From positions 1 through 53,132 of the forward strand of contig JBAXPX010000002.1 in the NCBI GenBank assembly GCA_037132055.1: a stretch of DNA of 53,132 nt, given 5' to 3'. This document shows, piece by piece, positions 44,118-53,132 of the stretch. The notes under the pieces are model-generated. The model worked only from the letters and a program-made list of their open reading frames with translations. It ran no database searches and was not told where the DNA came from. Position numbers and translations under genes: made by a program. The stretch's first letter is position 1. Each line of letters begins with the position of its first letter. Origin of the DNA: a bacterium. GTDB taxonomy: Bacteria > Patescibacteriota > Minisyncoccia > Phycocordibacterales > UBA9973.

Positions 44118-47100
44118 ATGAGAAAATTTCTCCAAAGAATAATTAAAAAGTTCAGAAGTTCTAATATTTGGCTTATAGATAAAAAGAATCTGAGTTCTTT
44201 TTATCGTATTCGTGTCCGTGATAAAAAAATCATTACAAATTTTAAAATTACTAACTTAAAAAATCAATTAACAATTAAATATAAAATTATGCCCAGCATC
44301 ATTTCACTAAATCAAATGAAAAACTTATTAAAAAAAATAAATAAAGAAAGAAAAAATATTTTTTTCTTTTTAAAACAAATTAAGAAAATAAAAAGAACAC
44401 AGCTTGTCGGACTTGTTTTGATTTTTTCAGTAGTTTCTTTTTTTTATAATCCAAAACCAGTTCATGCTGCTTGTGCTCTTTCTGGAACCATAGCTACGAG
44501 TTACAACTGGGCAGGTTGTGCCGGAGAAGCGACCATCAGCGGTAGTGTGACTTTCGCAGCAGGAACTCATAATCTAGGTGCTACTAATTTGACCATCAAC
44601 AGTGGTGGGACACTTATCCCTGCGCCTTCTAGTACTACTGTAAATGGTGCGACGGGAGTGACAATAAACACTACCGGGAATATTACAGTGGCTTCTGGTG
44701 GAACTATCAATGGAAATGGCCAAGGATACACTGGAAGAAGTTATGCTTCTGGTAGTCCACTTGGTCAGGGCTATGGTGAAGGTGGTGGAACAAGAGGTTA
44801 TTATGGTGGAGCTGGTGGAGCTCATGGTGGAGCTGGTGGAAAAGGAAATGCTAGTAGTGTGAGAAATACAACTACTTATGGTAGTGCAACTAATCCAGTT
44901 AGCTTGGGTTCTGCTTCAGGGGCATCGAATGGTACTAACATATTCAATCCTGGTGGTGGAGCAATAAAATTAAATGCATCGGGAACTGTCACTATCAACG
45001 GAACAGTTTCTGCTAATGGAAATTCGGGGACTGGAACAAGTGCTGGTGGAGCGGGAGGAAGTGTTTGGATAGTTGCTGGGACTTTGACGGGTTCTAATTC
45101 GGCAACTATTTCGGCTAATGGTGGAGATGGAGCAGGAACTTATAGTACTAATGCTGGTGGAGGAGGTGGAGGAGGAAGAATTAGTTTACAAACTTCTGGC
45201 ACAGATACTTATGCTGGATCAATAATAGTTGAAGGAGGTTTGGGGCTAGAAGGAGGAGAAGCAGGGACACTAGAGAGAACTGTTGGAACTCCGGGTGATA
45301 TTATTATTGCAGCTGGGAGTACTGTTACTTGGACAAGGGGTGAACACACTTTTCATGATTTAACAATTCAATCAACTGGTGTCCTTACGACCGGTGAAGC
45401 TGAAGCTGCAGGAGGAGGCAATAATTCCAATGGCCCATTTATTGGTGGAGGACCTGGTCCCGGATTAAGTGGTGATAAGGGTGGAGGTGGTGGAGGGCAC
45501 GTTGGAGCTGGTGGAACTGAAGGTGGCGGAACAAGGGCAGGAGTTGGTGGTAGTGCATACAATAGTGATGGACTTCAAGTGACACAGCCAACAGATATGG
45601 GATCAGCTGGTGGAGGTTCTGCGCAAGATGGTCTTGGTAGTTATGGAGGAGGAGCAATAAAATTAACTATAACGGGGACTTTGACAGTAAATGGTAAAAT
45701 TTTAGCTGATGGTCAATCCAATGGAACTAGCGGTGGAGGATCAGGAGGAAGTATTTGGATAAATGCGCCTACGGGCACAGTGAATTCTACCGGTGGAGAA
45801 TTTTCTGCACATGGTGGAGTTGCTGGAACTGGTACAGCCAACAATGGAGGCGGCGGAGGATCAGGAGGAAGAATTGCTTTTAATGCGGGAACAAAAAATC
45901 TCAGTGCTATTACTGTTGACGTCGCAGGTGGTACGGGAGTAAATAATGGTGGAGACGGAACTGTCTCGGGGTTGCTTTATTCATCGATCACTTCTCCAAC
46001 GTCTGCAGCTAGAAATACTTTTACATCAGTAACAGGAACTGCGGCAGACTATAGTGGGGCGACACTTGGTTATGTTGATGTTTCTATTTATAATGGAAGC
46101 CAATATTGGAACGGTTCTAGTTTTAATCAAGCTAGTGAATATTGGTTGAGAGCGACAGGAACTTCTTCTTGGAGTTATGCGGTGAGTGGACTTACGAGTC
46201 CGGGTGTTACCTTGACAGTACACTCGAGAGCGAAATCTGGAAGAGGAGTTGAATCTTTTTTTGAAACACCTGGAACAGGAGTAACTTTTAATTTAGATAC
46301 TGTTGCGCCGACCCTAGCTACTGTCACAGCTATACCAACTGCTACAAATGACAACACTCCAAACTATATTTTTTCTTCCACAGAAGCCGGAACCATAACT
46401 TATGGTGGATCATGTAGTTCTGCCACAACTTCAGCAACATCTGGATCAAATACTGTTACTTTCAATACACTTACTGATGGAACATACAGCAACTGTACAG
46501 TGACAGTTACTGATGCAGCGACAAATGCTTCGTCTGCACTTTCTGTGCCTACGTTTACTGTTGATACAGTTGCGCCTACCGCTCCCATCGCAGTCACATT
46601 TACTGCAACAGGTGGAAATGTTTTAGCAAATACTTTAAATTCTACAAATACAAACTTTACAGCAGGTGCAACTATAACTGCAGCAGATGCAACTGGTGGA
46701 ACAGCAGAACTTTTGAAAGGTGGTGCATCTTTTAGTCCAGCTATAATGGATAGCAGTATTTCTGCTGGAGATACGACTGTGACATTTAACGCAGGACTTG
46801 CAAGTAATGCAGCCGTGCAGACAGCATTTGCAAGTGGAGCAGCACTTTCAGTAAGACTTTGCGACCTCGCAGGAAACTGCACAACGAGTTCTGTATCAAA
46901 CCCTACTATTACTGTCGACTACATAGCACCAACAAATCAAGATTCTGTATTAACGGCAGATGCTATGTTTAGATCGAGTGGCACAGTGACGATAGCAAGC
47001 TCAGGAAATGCTACAAACAATATTTGGATCGCGCCACTTGGCACGACTAGTTTTACAGCAGGTTCTACAATGACGACAGCAGGAGGAACATCTACTACTA

Positions 47101-50100
47101 TTCTTTCTCCTTCAGCTGAGGGAACTTATCGTTTGTATGTCATCGATGCAGCAGGGAACGTATCAGCTGCATCTACACACACAGTCATAGTAGACTCGAC
47201 TGCACCTACACCAAGTGCACCGACAAATACTGCCCAGAGATTAAATAGTGAAAGTCTTTCTAACTCAACTGTTCAGATAAATGAAGCGGGGACGATATAT
47301 TTAGTAAAGACAGGTACTGGACCAGTAGCGGCTCTTCCTGATACTGCGAATTTAACAAATATGGTTATCAGTAATTCACCATCAAATTATACTTTCTCTG
47401 GTGGAACATATAATTATAATGGTGTTACTGTGCTCAGCACTGTAACAAGTGTCACAGTAACTCCGACAGGAGCAGGGACTATCACAGTAAATGGAATGAC
47501 AGTGACATCAGGTCAAGCATCAGGAGCAATTGCTCTTACTGCTGGAGTAGAAAGAGTGATCGATGTAGTGGCTACAGAGTCAGGAAAAAATCCAAGGATT
47601 TATACGATTAGGATAATAAGAGGTCCGACGTTAGGTACAAGTTGGCAAGGTGGTAAAGTTGCTTATGTTAATGGGTCTGGGGGGTTTATAGTAACGGACA
47701 ATGACATAACTAGTGCAGACAATGCTTCTTGTTCTGCTGTACACCCAATTGGACAAGGACAAGGAGCAGGTACAGGATCAGCAATAGGTACAGGAAAGGC
47801 AAACACAGATGCACTTGTAGCACTTTGCGGAGCAGGTCCAAACTCTGCTACTGTTGCTCATGCTTTAGTATTAAATGGTTATAGTGATTGGTATGTACCA
47901 TCATCTGGTGAATTCATTACTATGTCATTAAATAAAAACGCAATTAATGCTAATTTTGTCGATTCCACTAATTACTGGAGTTCAACGACTTCCGGCTGGT
48001 TGTCCTCTGTTACTTGTGATATAAATGGGTATTCTTCTTGTGGAGGAAGTGGTTATAATGTAATTAAGCCTGGTCGTGCCATTCGAGACATCACAATAAC
48101 TCCAACTCTTCCAACTCCAACATTCAGTCTAAGTGGAGCAGTTGCTCATGGTTCAACTGTAACAATCACATCTGCTGGAGCCGATGCAATATATTACACT
48201 ACTGATGGTAGTACTCCTACGACGTCATCAACGAATCAAGCGACGACACCACTTGTAATAAATGGACCTGTGACTGTAAAAGCTTTGGCAGTGAAAGCTA
48301 ACTATTATAACGCTTCTAGTCTTGCAACCTTTACTGAAATATTTGATTGGAATAATGAAATCAATGTTGATCACACTGCATTCATAGGCAAATCATCTGC
48401 TGTTGCAGATATTCCATATAGAGTTACATTACCAGCAGGATTGGTAGATGGAGTTTATGACATAATCGGAGTTGACTTGGTTGGAAATACATCAAATGCA
48501 CTTGCTGGCTGGCTGACGGTGGATAATACTGCTCCAACCTTGGCTACGGTCACAGCAGTCACAAACCCCACAAACGACAATACTCCAAATTATATTTTTT
48601 CTTCCACAGAAGCAGGAACTATATCATATGCTGGATCATGTAGTTCTGCCACAACTTCAGCAACGTCTGGATCAAATACTATTACTTTCACTACACTTAC
48701 TGATGGAACATACAGCAACTGTACAGTGACAGTGACTGACGCAGCGACAAATACTTCGTCTCTACTTTCTGTGCCTTCGTTTACAGTTGATACTGCTGGT
48801 CCAACAGTCACCCTTACCTCTAATGATCCTGATCCAACAAATGGAACTATAAATGTTAGAGCGACATTCGGTGAATCAACCACAAACTTTGTAGTAGGAG
48901 ATATTACAGTCACAAATGGTACTGCAGGTAATTTTACAGGTAGTGGAATGGTATATGATTTTGAAATTACTCCAACTACTGACGGAACAGTATCAGTCGA
49001 TGTCAATGCAGGAGTAGCGACTGATGCAGCAGGAAATCCTAACTCTGCAGCAACACAATTGACGAGATTGTATGATAGTATTAACCCTACTTCAACTATC
49101 ACACCTATATGTAGCACTCCGGGCAACGGATGTACTCCTGCAGGAGAAGCTCAAAATCCACCAGGATCATATGGGGTGAGGTCAATAGTAGGTAGCGCAT
49201 CAGATGCTACAGGTGGAGCTGGAGTTAGTACGGTAGAAATTTCTATAAAAGATACAAATGCAAATGTTTGGTATAGTGGCACATCTTTCTCTGATGTGAG
49301 CGAGACATACCTTCCAGTCACGACAGGCACGACTACGTGGAGTTATAATTCCTCTGGAATATCACTTGAAATCGGACATGTCTATCAAGTAAATGTGAGA
49401 GCGACAGATGGAGCAGGGAACGTAGAAAGTCCCGTGCAAACTCTTTCATTTGAATTTACAAACTCTCCGCCGACTGTTTCAAATGTATCTGCATCACAAA
49501 ATTCAAGTGGAGTAGTAAGTGTGTCTTATAATGTTACAGATAATGAATCTACACAAACTTCAAATTCTCTATTCTATTGGTCAGGTTCTACTCTCAGTGG
49601 AAATATTTCAAGTGCAGTGACATCATTGACTACATCAAATGTAACAAGTTTCCCAACTTCTGGAACTATTTTGATAGATGATGAAATTATAAACTATGCA
49701 AGTAAGTCAGGAAATGTATTGCAAGGTCTCACAAGGGGATCGGCAATAAATTATCCTACTACTTCAAATACAACGACACCGTTTGCGCACTCTTCAGGAG
49801 CACAAATATTTATTTATGCTACTTCTGCTACGGGAGATATTGGTTTGTTGAATAAAGGTACAGGGAAAAATATAACATGGACTGCAAGTGCTGATGCAGA
49901 TGGTTATGAAAATATAAATGAAATTATAAAAGTTGTTGCAAACGATGGATCTACAGGTTCGATGGTTGGATCTTCGCTGTCTTCTATATTTATTCTTGAC
50001 GCAGCGAAACCAACGATAAATGGCACAACACTTTTGATAAATGACACTGATGCTGATGTGATAAGTTTATCACCTAATATAACTCTCAAACTTCAAAATA

Positions 50101-53100
50101 TAACTGGGCATCCTGTTGACGAAAATATTTTTGTGCAATTCTCAAGAGATGGGGGAACTACTTGGTATGGAGCAAACGCAGATGGAACTCTCTCGGGATC
50201 AGGGACAATGGGGACAGGATTTTCTTCTAGCTTGACTGTCATCGGCGCGCTTTCGTGGCCTTGGACTATGACCTCAAGATCAGAAACCATAACTGTAAAA
50301 ATAACAGACAGCTATGGAAACTATGCAGAAGACACAAACACTGTCGGGTATAATGCTCCACCAGAATTCAATGTCGACTATCCTTCGACTAGTGCAGGTG
50401 GGCTCAGTGTTGTTCAAGTAGCTGACAAAAATGATGCGAATTTTGGAAAAGTAAAAATAGAATATTCTATTCGTGATACTGACACAGACGTGGACACAGT
50501 TCCAGGGTTTGTGACTCCTACATTTAGTTACAATACTGGTAGTGGGTGGAATACGATAAATGACGTGGATATTGTTTATGCAACTGCGCCAACTGGAGGA
50601 CAAATAATAGATCAAAATACTGATGGAGTTCGTGATAATAAAGTTTCAACTTCTTCATACTATATCTATACAGCATACTGGACACCGACAACTAATATCG
50701 AAACTGCAACTGCACAATTTAAACTCTCGATCAGTGACTTGGAAACAAATAACAGCACTACGACTAAAGAAATTTCTAATTTACTAATAGATTCAAAAAA
50801 ACCAGTGGTTACTCCGATCACGTTTGACGCGGGAATAGCAGGATCACCAGAGTCTGCTTTGGTTACCATACCTATGCCTACTGATTTATCTAGTGTTCAA
50901 TATAAAATCAAAGATGATTCTTCAAATTCTAATCCACAAGATACTGGTTGGAAAAGTATAAACGAAAGTACAACCATACCGTGGACGTTTGATTCTGTTT
51001 TGGGAATAAAAACATTAAAGTATCAATTCAGGGATGCTTATGAAAATACTACAAACGAAGTGTCCACTTCAACTCTTACCCCCGTCGACTCTAATTCATT
51101 TGTAGTACAAGATGCATCAAATCCGAGAATTCCTTCGTATGATATGTATATCAGTTGGAAGGCGATAACCGATGCAACGGGGTTTGATTCGTATAAATTA
51201 GAATTTGCAACTTCTACTGACAATTCATTCTTCTCAAGTTATCAATCTATCGGGACCGGGATGGATAGTTCTACTACAAATTATTTTGTTCACAGGAGTC
51301 TAGATCCGACAAAATATTATAGATATCGATTAGGAGTAGTAGGGACCAATGGAAATATTTCTGTTCGCTCAGGAGGATATGTCACTGCTAAGCCAGATGG
51401 AATTCAGAATTTTGGTGAAGGTAGTGGAGGGGGTAGTGTGGCTGCTGCTTCTCAAGTAGAAAATGTTGTTCCAGTCCAAGGTTCAGATAAAAATGTTACT
51501 GTTACTTATAAACTCACAGACCCATCTTTGTCGAACAAAACTGATCCTTTGTATGAAGCAAGAGTTTTCTATAATATCGGTATAACATTGCCGACAAATG
51601 CAGATGCTGGAGGAAATATAAAAGTATCTGATGCTTCAAAACTTAAATCTTCAGGATATATTCAAATAAATAATGAAGTTATAAAATACACTGGAAAATC
51701 TGAAAATACCTTAACAGGGATAACGAGAGGAACTTGGCCTACAGATATAACGACTAACCGTGTCACCAGACAAAATCCGTTATTATTTGCAGGTACACCA
51801 GTATGGGTAATGGCTTCTACGACAGCCATAAATACTATTGCAAACAATAGTATTGCTTATGGTCAAAATGGAACTATTACATGGACTACATACGATGAAT
51901 CAGCACTAGCTGGCGGAGTTTACAATAATGTTGGCATCAGAGTTCTAGTACACGACAATCAAGATGCTGGTTCTGGACCACTTTCGAGTCAGAGTGATTA
52001 TTCAGAAAACGGAATATTAAATATTTTGGATTTAAATACTCCGACGATTGGATTTGACACGACGCATAGTTCTGGTTTGGAAAGCGTAACTCCTGCCGTA
52101 TTTACTATAAACTTGAATAGAATTTATCCGAGTGCTGTGAGTGTAGACTATACTGTTGCCGGTACTGCAGTAGGTGGTGGAACAGACTATACACTTGTAA
52201 ATGGGACAGCGACAATAACAGCAGGACAAACTACGACGAGCTTGAGTGCTGTGATTGTGAACCATAATCAAGTAAGACCAAACAAAACAATAATTATAAC
52301 TCTTTCAAATCCTGTGAATGCAACTTTGGGAGCTAATAGTGTTCATACTTATACAATAATAAATCACGACACAAGTACTACACCTCCAACAGTCACTATC
52401 GTTCCGCCAAGTGTAATGCACGTACTCAGTGGAACTGTTTGGGCAGATCAAGATCCGGGCGCAACAGCTACGGATACAATAGATGGTGATCTTACTTCTA
52501 GTATAGTTGTTACTGGTGCTCCGTCTATGAATACTCCAAGCACAACTCCGTATACTGTCACATATTCTGCTACAAATAGTTCAGGGCAGACGGGAACTGC
52601 AACTCGTGAAGTTTATGTCGATGACGCAAATGCTGCAACATTTGAAATAACAGCGATTCAAAGTACTGGTGGTTTGATCTCACCAGAAAATGCTACGACT
52701 GTGCAAGTTCATTCAGATCAGGCTTATACTATTACTCCAGACGAATGGTATAAAGTTGACAGTATTACAATAGACACAAATCTTCCACTTGCGCCAACTG
52801 CAGGAGTAAATCATTACACATTTACAGATGTTACTGCGCCTCACACGATCACAGCAGCATTTTCTGCATTGCCTGATACAACTCCACCAGTTATCCTCAT
52901 AACAGGACCAACGACAGTCCAACTCACTGTCGGTGATACATATAGTGACCAAGGTGCAACAGCTTCAGACACATATCTTGGAGTTACTACTCCATTGACT
53001 GATTCGATTGAAGTATTTAGTAATGTAAATAATTTAATTCCAGGAACTTATCAAGTCAGATATACAGTCTCCGACTCCGCCGGCAACACAGCCACTGCCA

Positions 53101-53132
53101 CAAGAACAGTAGTAGTTTCTTACAATGAAACT
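44118..53132 (+). CDS. Giant membrane-anchored multi-domain surface protein (adhesin-like), 5-prime part only; at least 3005 codons and open at the window end
   Basis: Hand translation of the frame starting at 44118 (in-frame TAA at 44115-44117) shows no stop through 53132. Alternative in-frame ATGs lie at 44289 and 44316. TM/signal segment is TQLVGLVLIFSVVSFFY...VHA. Gly-rich repeats, many Ig-like modules, and Calx-beta-like and DUF5011-like modules follow. This ORF is absent from the supplied ORF track. Confidence 0.9.
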   Translation, partial: MRKFLQRIIKKFRSSNIWLIDKKNLSSFYRIRVRDKKIITNFKITNLKNQLTIKYKIMPSIISLNQMKNLLKKINKERKNIFFFLKQIKKIKRTQLVGLVLIFSVVSFFYNPKPVHAACALSGTIATSYNWAGCAGEATISGSVTFAAGTHNLGATNLTINSGGTLIPAPSSTTVNGATGVTINTTGNITVASGGTINGNGQGYTGRSYASGSPLGQGYGEGGGTRGYYGGAGGAHGGAGGKGNASSVRNTTTYGSATNPVSLGSASGASNGTNIFNPGGGAIKLNASGTVTINGTVSANGNSGTGTSAGGAGGSVWIVAGTLTGSNSATISANGGDGAGTYSTNAGGGGGGGRISLQTSGTDTYAGSIIVEGGLGLEGGEAGTLERTVGTPGDIIIAAGSTVTWTRGEHTFHDLTIQSTGVLTTGEAEAAGGGNNSNGPFIGGGPGPGLSGDKGGGGGGHVGAGGTEGGGTRAGVGGSAYNSDGLQVTQPTDMGSAGGGSAQDGLGSYGGGAIKLTITGTLTVNGKILADGQSNGTSGGGSGGSIWINAPTGTVNSTGGEFSAHGGVAGTGTANNGGGGGSGGRIAFNAGTKNLSAITVDVAGGTGVNNGGDGTVSGLLYSSITSPTSAARNTFTSVTGTAADYSGATLGYVDVSIYNGSQYWNGSSFNQASEYWLRATGTSSWSYAVSGLTSPGVTLTVHSRAKSGRGVESFFETPGTGVTFNLDTVAPTLATVTAIPTATNDNTPNYIFSSTEAGTITYGGSCSSATTSATSGSNTVTFNTLTDGTYSNCTVTVTDAATNASSALSVPTFTVDTVAPTAPIAVTFTATGGNVLANTLNSTNTNFTAGATITAADATGGTAELLKGGASFSPAIMDSSISAGDTTVTFNAGLASNAAVQTAFASGAALSVRLCDLAGNCTTSSVSNPTITVDYIAPTNQDSVLTADAMFRSSGTVTIASSGNATNNIWIAPLGTTSFTAGSTMTTAGGTSTTILSPSAEGTYRLYVIDAAGNVSAASTHTVIVDSTAPTPSAPTNTAQRLNSESLSNSTVQINEAGTIYLVKTGTGPVAALPDTANLTNMVISNSPSNYTFSGGTYNYNGVTVLSTVTSVTVTPTGAGTITVNGMTVTSGQASGAIALTAGVERVIDVVATESGKNPRIYTIRIIRGPTLGTSWQGGKVAYVNGSGGFIVTDNDITSADNASCSAVHPIGQGQGAGTGSAIGTGKANTDALVALCGAGPNSATVAHALVLNGYSDWYVPSSGEFITMSLNKNAINANFVDSTNYWSSTTSGWLSSVTCDINGYSSCGGSGYNVIKPGRAIRDITITPTLPTPTFSLSGAVAHGSTVTITSAGADAIYYTTDGSTPTTSSTNQATTPLVINGPVTVKALAVKANYYNASSLATFTEIFDWNNEINVDHTAFIGKSSAVADIPYRVTLPAGLVDGVYDIIGVDLVGNTSNALAGWLTVDNTAPTLATVTAVTNPTNDNTPNYIFSSTEAGTISYAGSCSSATTSATSGSNTITFTTLTDGTYSNCTVTVTDAATNTSSLLSVPSFTVDTAGPTVTLTSNDPDPTNGTINVRATFGESTTNFVVGDITVTNGTAGNFTGSGMVYDFEITPTTDGTVSVDVNAGVATDAAGNPNSAATQLTRLYDSINPTSTITPICSTPGNGCTPAGEAQNPPGSYGVRSIVGSASDATGGAGVSTVEISIKDTNANVWYSGTSFSDVSETYLPVTTGTTTWSYNSSGISLEIGHVYQVNVRATDGAGNVESPVQTLSFEFTNSPPTVSNVSASQNSSGVVSVSYNVTDNESTQTSNSLFYWSGSTLSGNISSAVTSLTTSNVTSFPTSGTILIDDEIINYASKSGNVLQGLTRGSAINYPTTSNTTTPFAHSSGAQIFIYATSATGDIGLLNKGTGKNITWTASADADGYENINEIIKVVANDGSTGSMVGSSLSSIFILDAAKPTINGTTLLINDTDADVISLSPNITLKLQNITGHPVDENIFVQFSRDGGTTWYGANADGTLSGSGTMGTGFSSSLTVIGALSWPWTMTSRSETITVKITDSYGNYAEDTNTVGYNAPPEFNVDYPSTSAGGLSVVQVADKNDANFGKVKIEYSIRDTDTDVDTVPGFVTPTFSYNTGSGWNTINDVDIVYATAPTGGQIIDQNTDGVRDNKVSTSSYYIYTAYWTPTTNIETATAQFKLSISDLETNNSTTTKEISNLLIDSKKPVVTPITFDAGIAGSPESALVTIPMPTDLSSVQYKIKDDSSNSNPQDTGWKSINESTTIPWTFDSVLGIKTLKYQFRDAYENTTNEVSTSTLTPVDSNSFVVQDASNPRIPSYDMYISWKAITDATGFDSYKLEFATSTDNSFFSSYQSIGTGMDSSTTNYFVHRSLDPTKYYRYRLGVVGTNGNISVRSGGYVTAKPDGIQNFGEGSGGGSVAAASQVENVVPVQGSDKNVTVTYKLTDPSLSNKTDPLYEARVFYNIGITLPTNADAGGNIKVSDASKLKSSGYIQINNEVIKYTGKSENTLTGITRGTWPTDITTNRVTRQNPLLFAGTPVWVMASTTAINTIANNSIAYGQNGTITWTTYDESALAGGVYNNVGIRVLVHDNQDAGSGPLSSQSDYSENGILNILDLNTPTIGFDTTHSSGLESVTPAVFTINLNRIYPSAVSVDYTVAGTAVGGGTDYTLVNGTATITAGQTTTSLSAVIVNHNQVRPNKTIIITLSNPVNATLGANSVHTYTIINHDTSTTPPTVTIVPPSVMHVLSGTVWADQDPGATATDTIDGDLTSSIVVTGAPSMNTPSTTPYTVTYSATNSSGQTGTATREVYVDDANAATFEITAIQSTGGLISPENATTVQVHSDQAYTITPDEWYKVDSITIDTNLPLAPTAGVNHYTFTDVTAPHTITAAFSALPDTTPPVILITGPTTVQLTVGDTYSDQGATASDTYLGVTTPLTDSIEVFSNVNNLIPGTYQVRYTVSDSAGNTATATRTVVVSYNET
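46300..46565 (+). repeat. Intragenic repeat A (Ig-like module ...NDNTPNYIFSSTEAGTITYGGSCSSATTSATSGSNTVTFNTLTDGTYSNCTVTVTDAATN...)
   Basis: About 90 percent identical by eye to 48526-48791, offset 2226 nt (742 codons, in frame). Identical runs of 33 and 42 nt. Confidence 0.85.
48526..48791 (+). repeat. Intragenic repeat B (second copy of the same Ig-like module)
   Basis: See repeat A. Shared runs are tggatcatgtagttctgccacaacttcagcaac and tacacttactgatggaacatacagcaactgtacagtgacagt. Confidence 0.85.

Noticed and set aside
44574-52952. About twenty minus-strand ORFs (60-178 aa) listed by the ORF track across this region, including a Pro-rich one (45368-45562) and two that share the peptide VTVQLLYVPSVSV.KV.VFDPDVAEVVAELHDP (46400-46882 and 48590-49126).
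   Set aside because: They are antisense shadows of the giant plus-strand ORF. The poly-Pro comes from antisense Gly codons, and the shared peptide reflects the plus-strand intragenic repeat. None has a recognisable family or signal.

Overview
This is a 53.1 kb window from an AT-rich bacterium (about one-third G+C by eye). It uses the standard code, with TGA, TAA and TAG all serving as stops. The gene content suggests a reduced-genome Patescibacteria/CPR (Parcubacteria-like) organism: short IF-2 (511 aa), short AlaRS (579 aa), short L13, several tandem VirB2/TrbC-like pilin genes, and many bitopic hypothetical proteins. This lineage call is an inference and was not checked by any search. Most of the window is tightly packed housekeeping. 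It encodes murC, rpsA, gyrA, DUF4446-infB-rbfA, a cysteine desulfurase, clpB, mgtA, typA, mltG, mnmA, mgtC, alaS and grpE. It also carries the ribosomal cluster infA-rpmJ-rpsM-rpsK-rpsD-rpoA-rplQ-rplM-rpsI and five tRNA genes, none with an encoded CCA. Seven things stand out. (1) An open reading frame of at least 3005 codons (44118 to the window end) is absent from the supplied ORF track and encodes a membrane-anchored, multi-domain surface protein. (2) An HUH/Y1 (RAYT/IS200-like) transposase sits just upstream of it, bracketed by exact inverted copies of a 25-nt palindrome. (3) Five small two-helix pilin-like genes lie in tandem (9.5-11.6 kb) with no secretion ATPase nearby. (4) An NADPH-oxidase-like ferric-reductase-domain flavocytochrome is followed by an exported double cytochrome-b5 protein. 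(5) A 99-nt palindromic, GC-cored segment sits in frame inside mnmA, and smaller GC-rich islands lie inside murC. (6) A 98-nt long-stem structured element lies between rpsI and grpE. (7) A trypsin-fold protein appears to have lost its catalytic triad. All family assignments come from reading motifs by eye. No database search was run.
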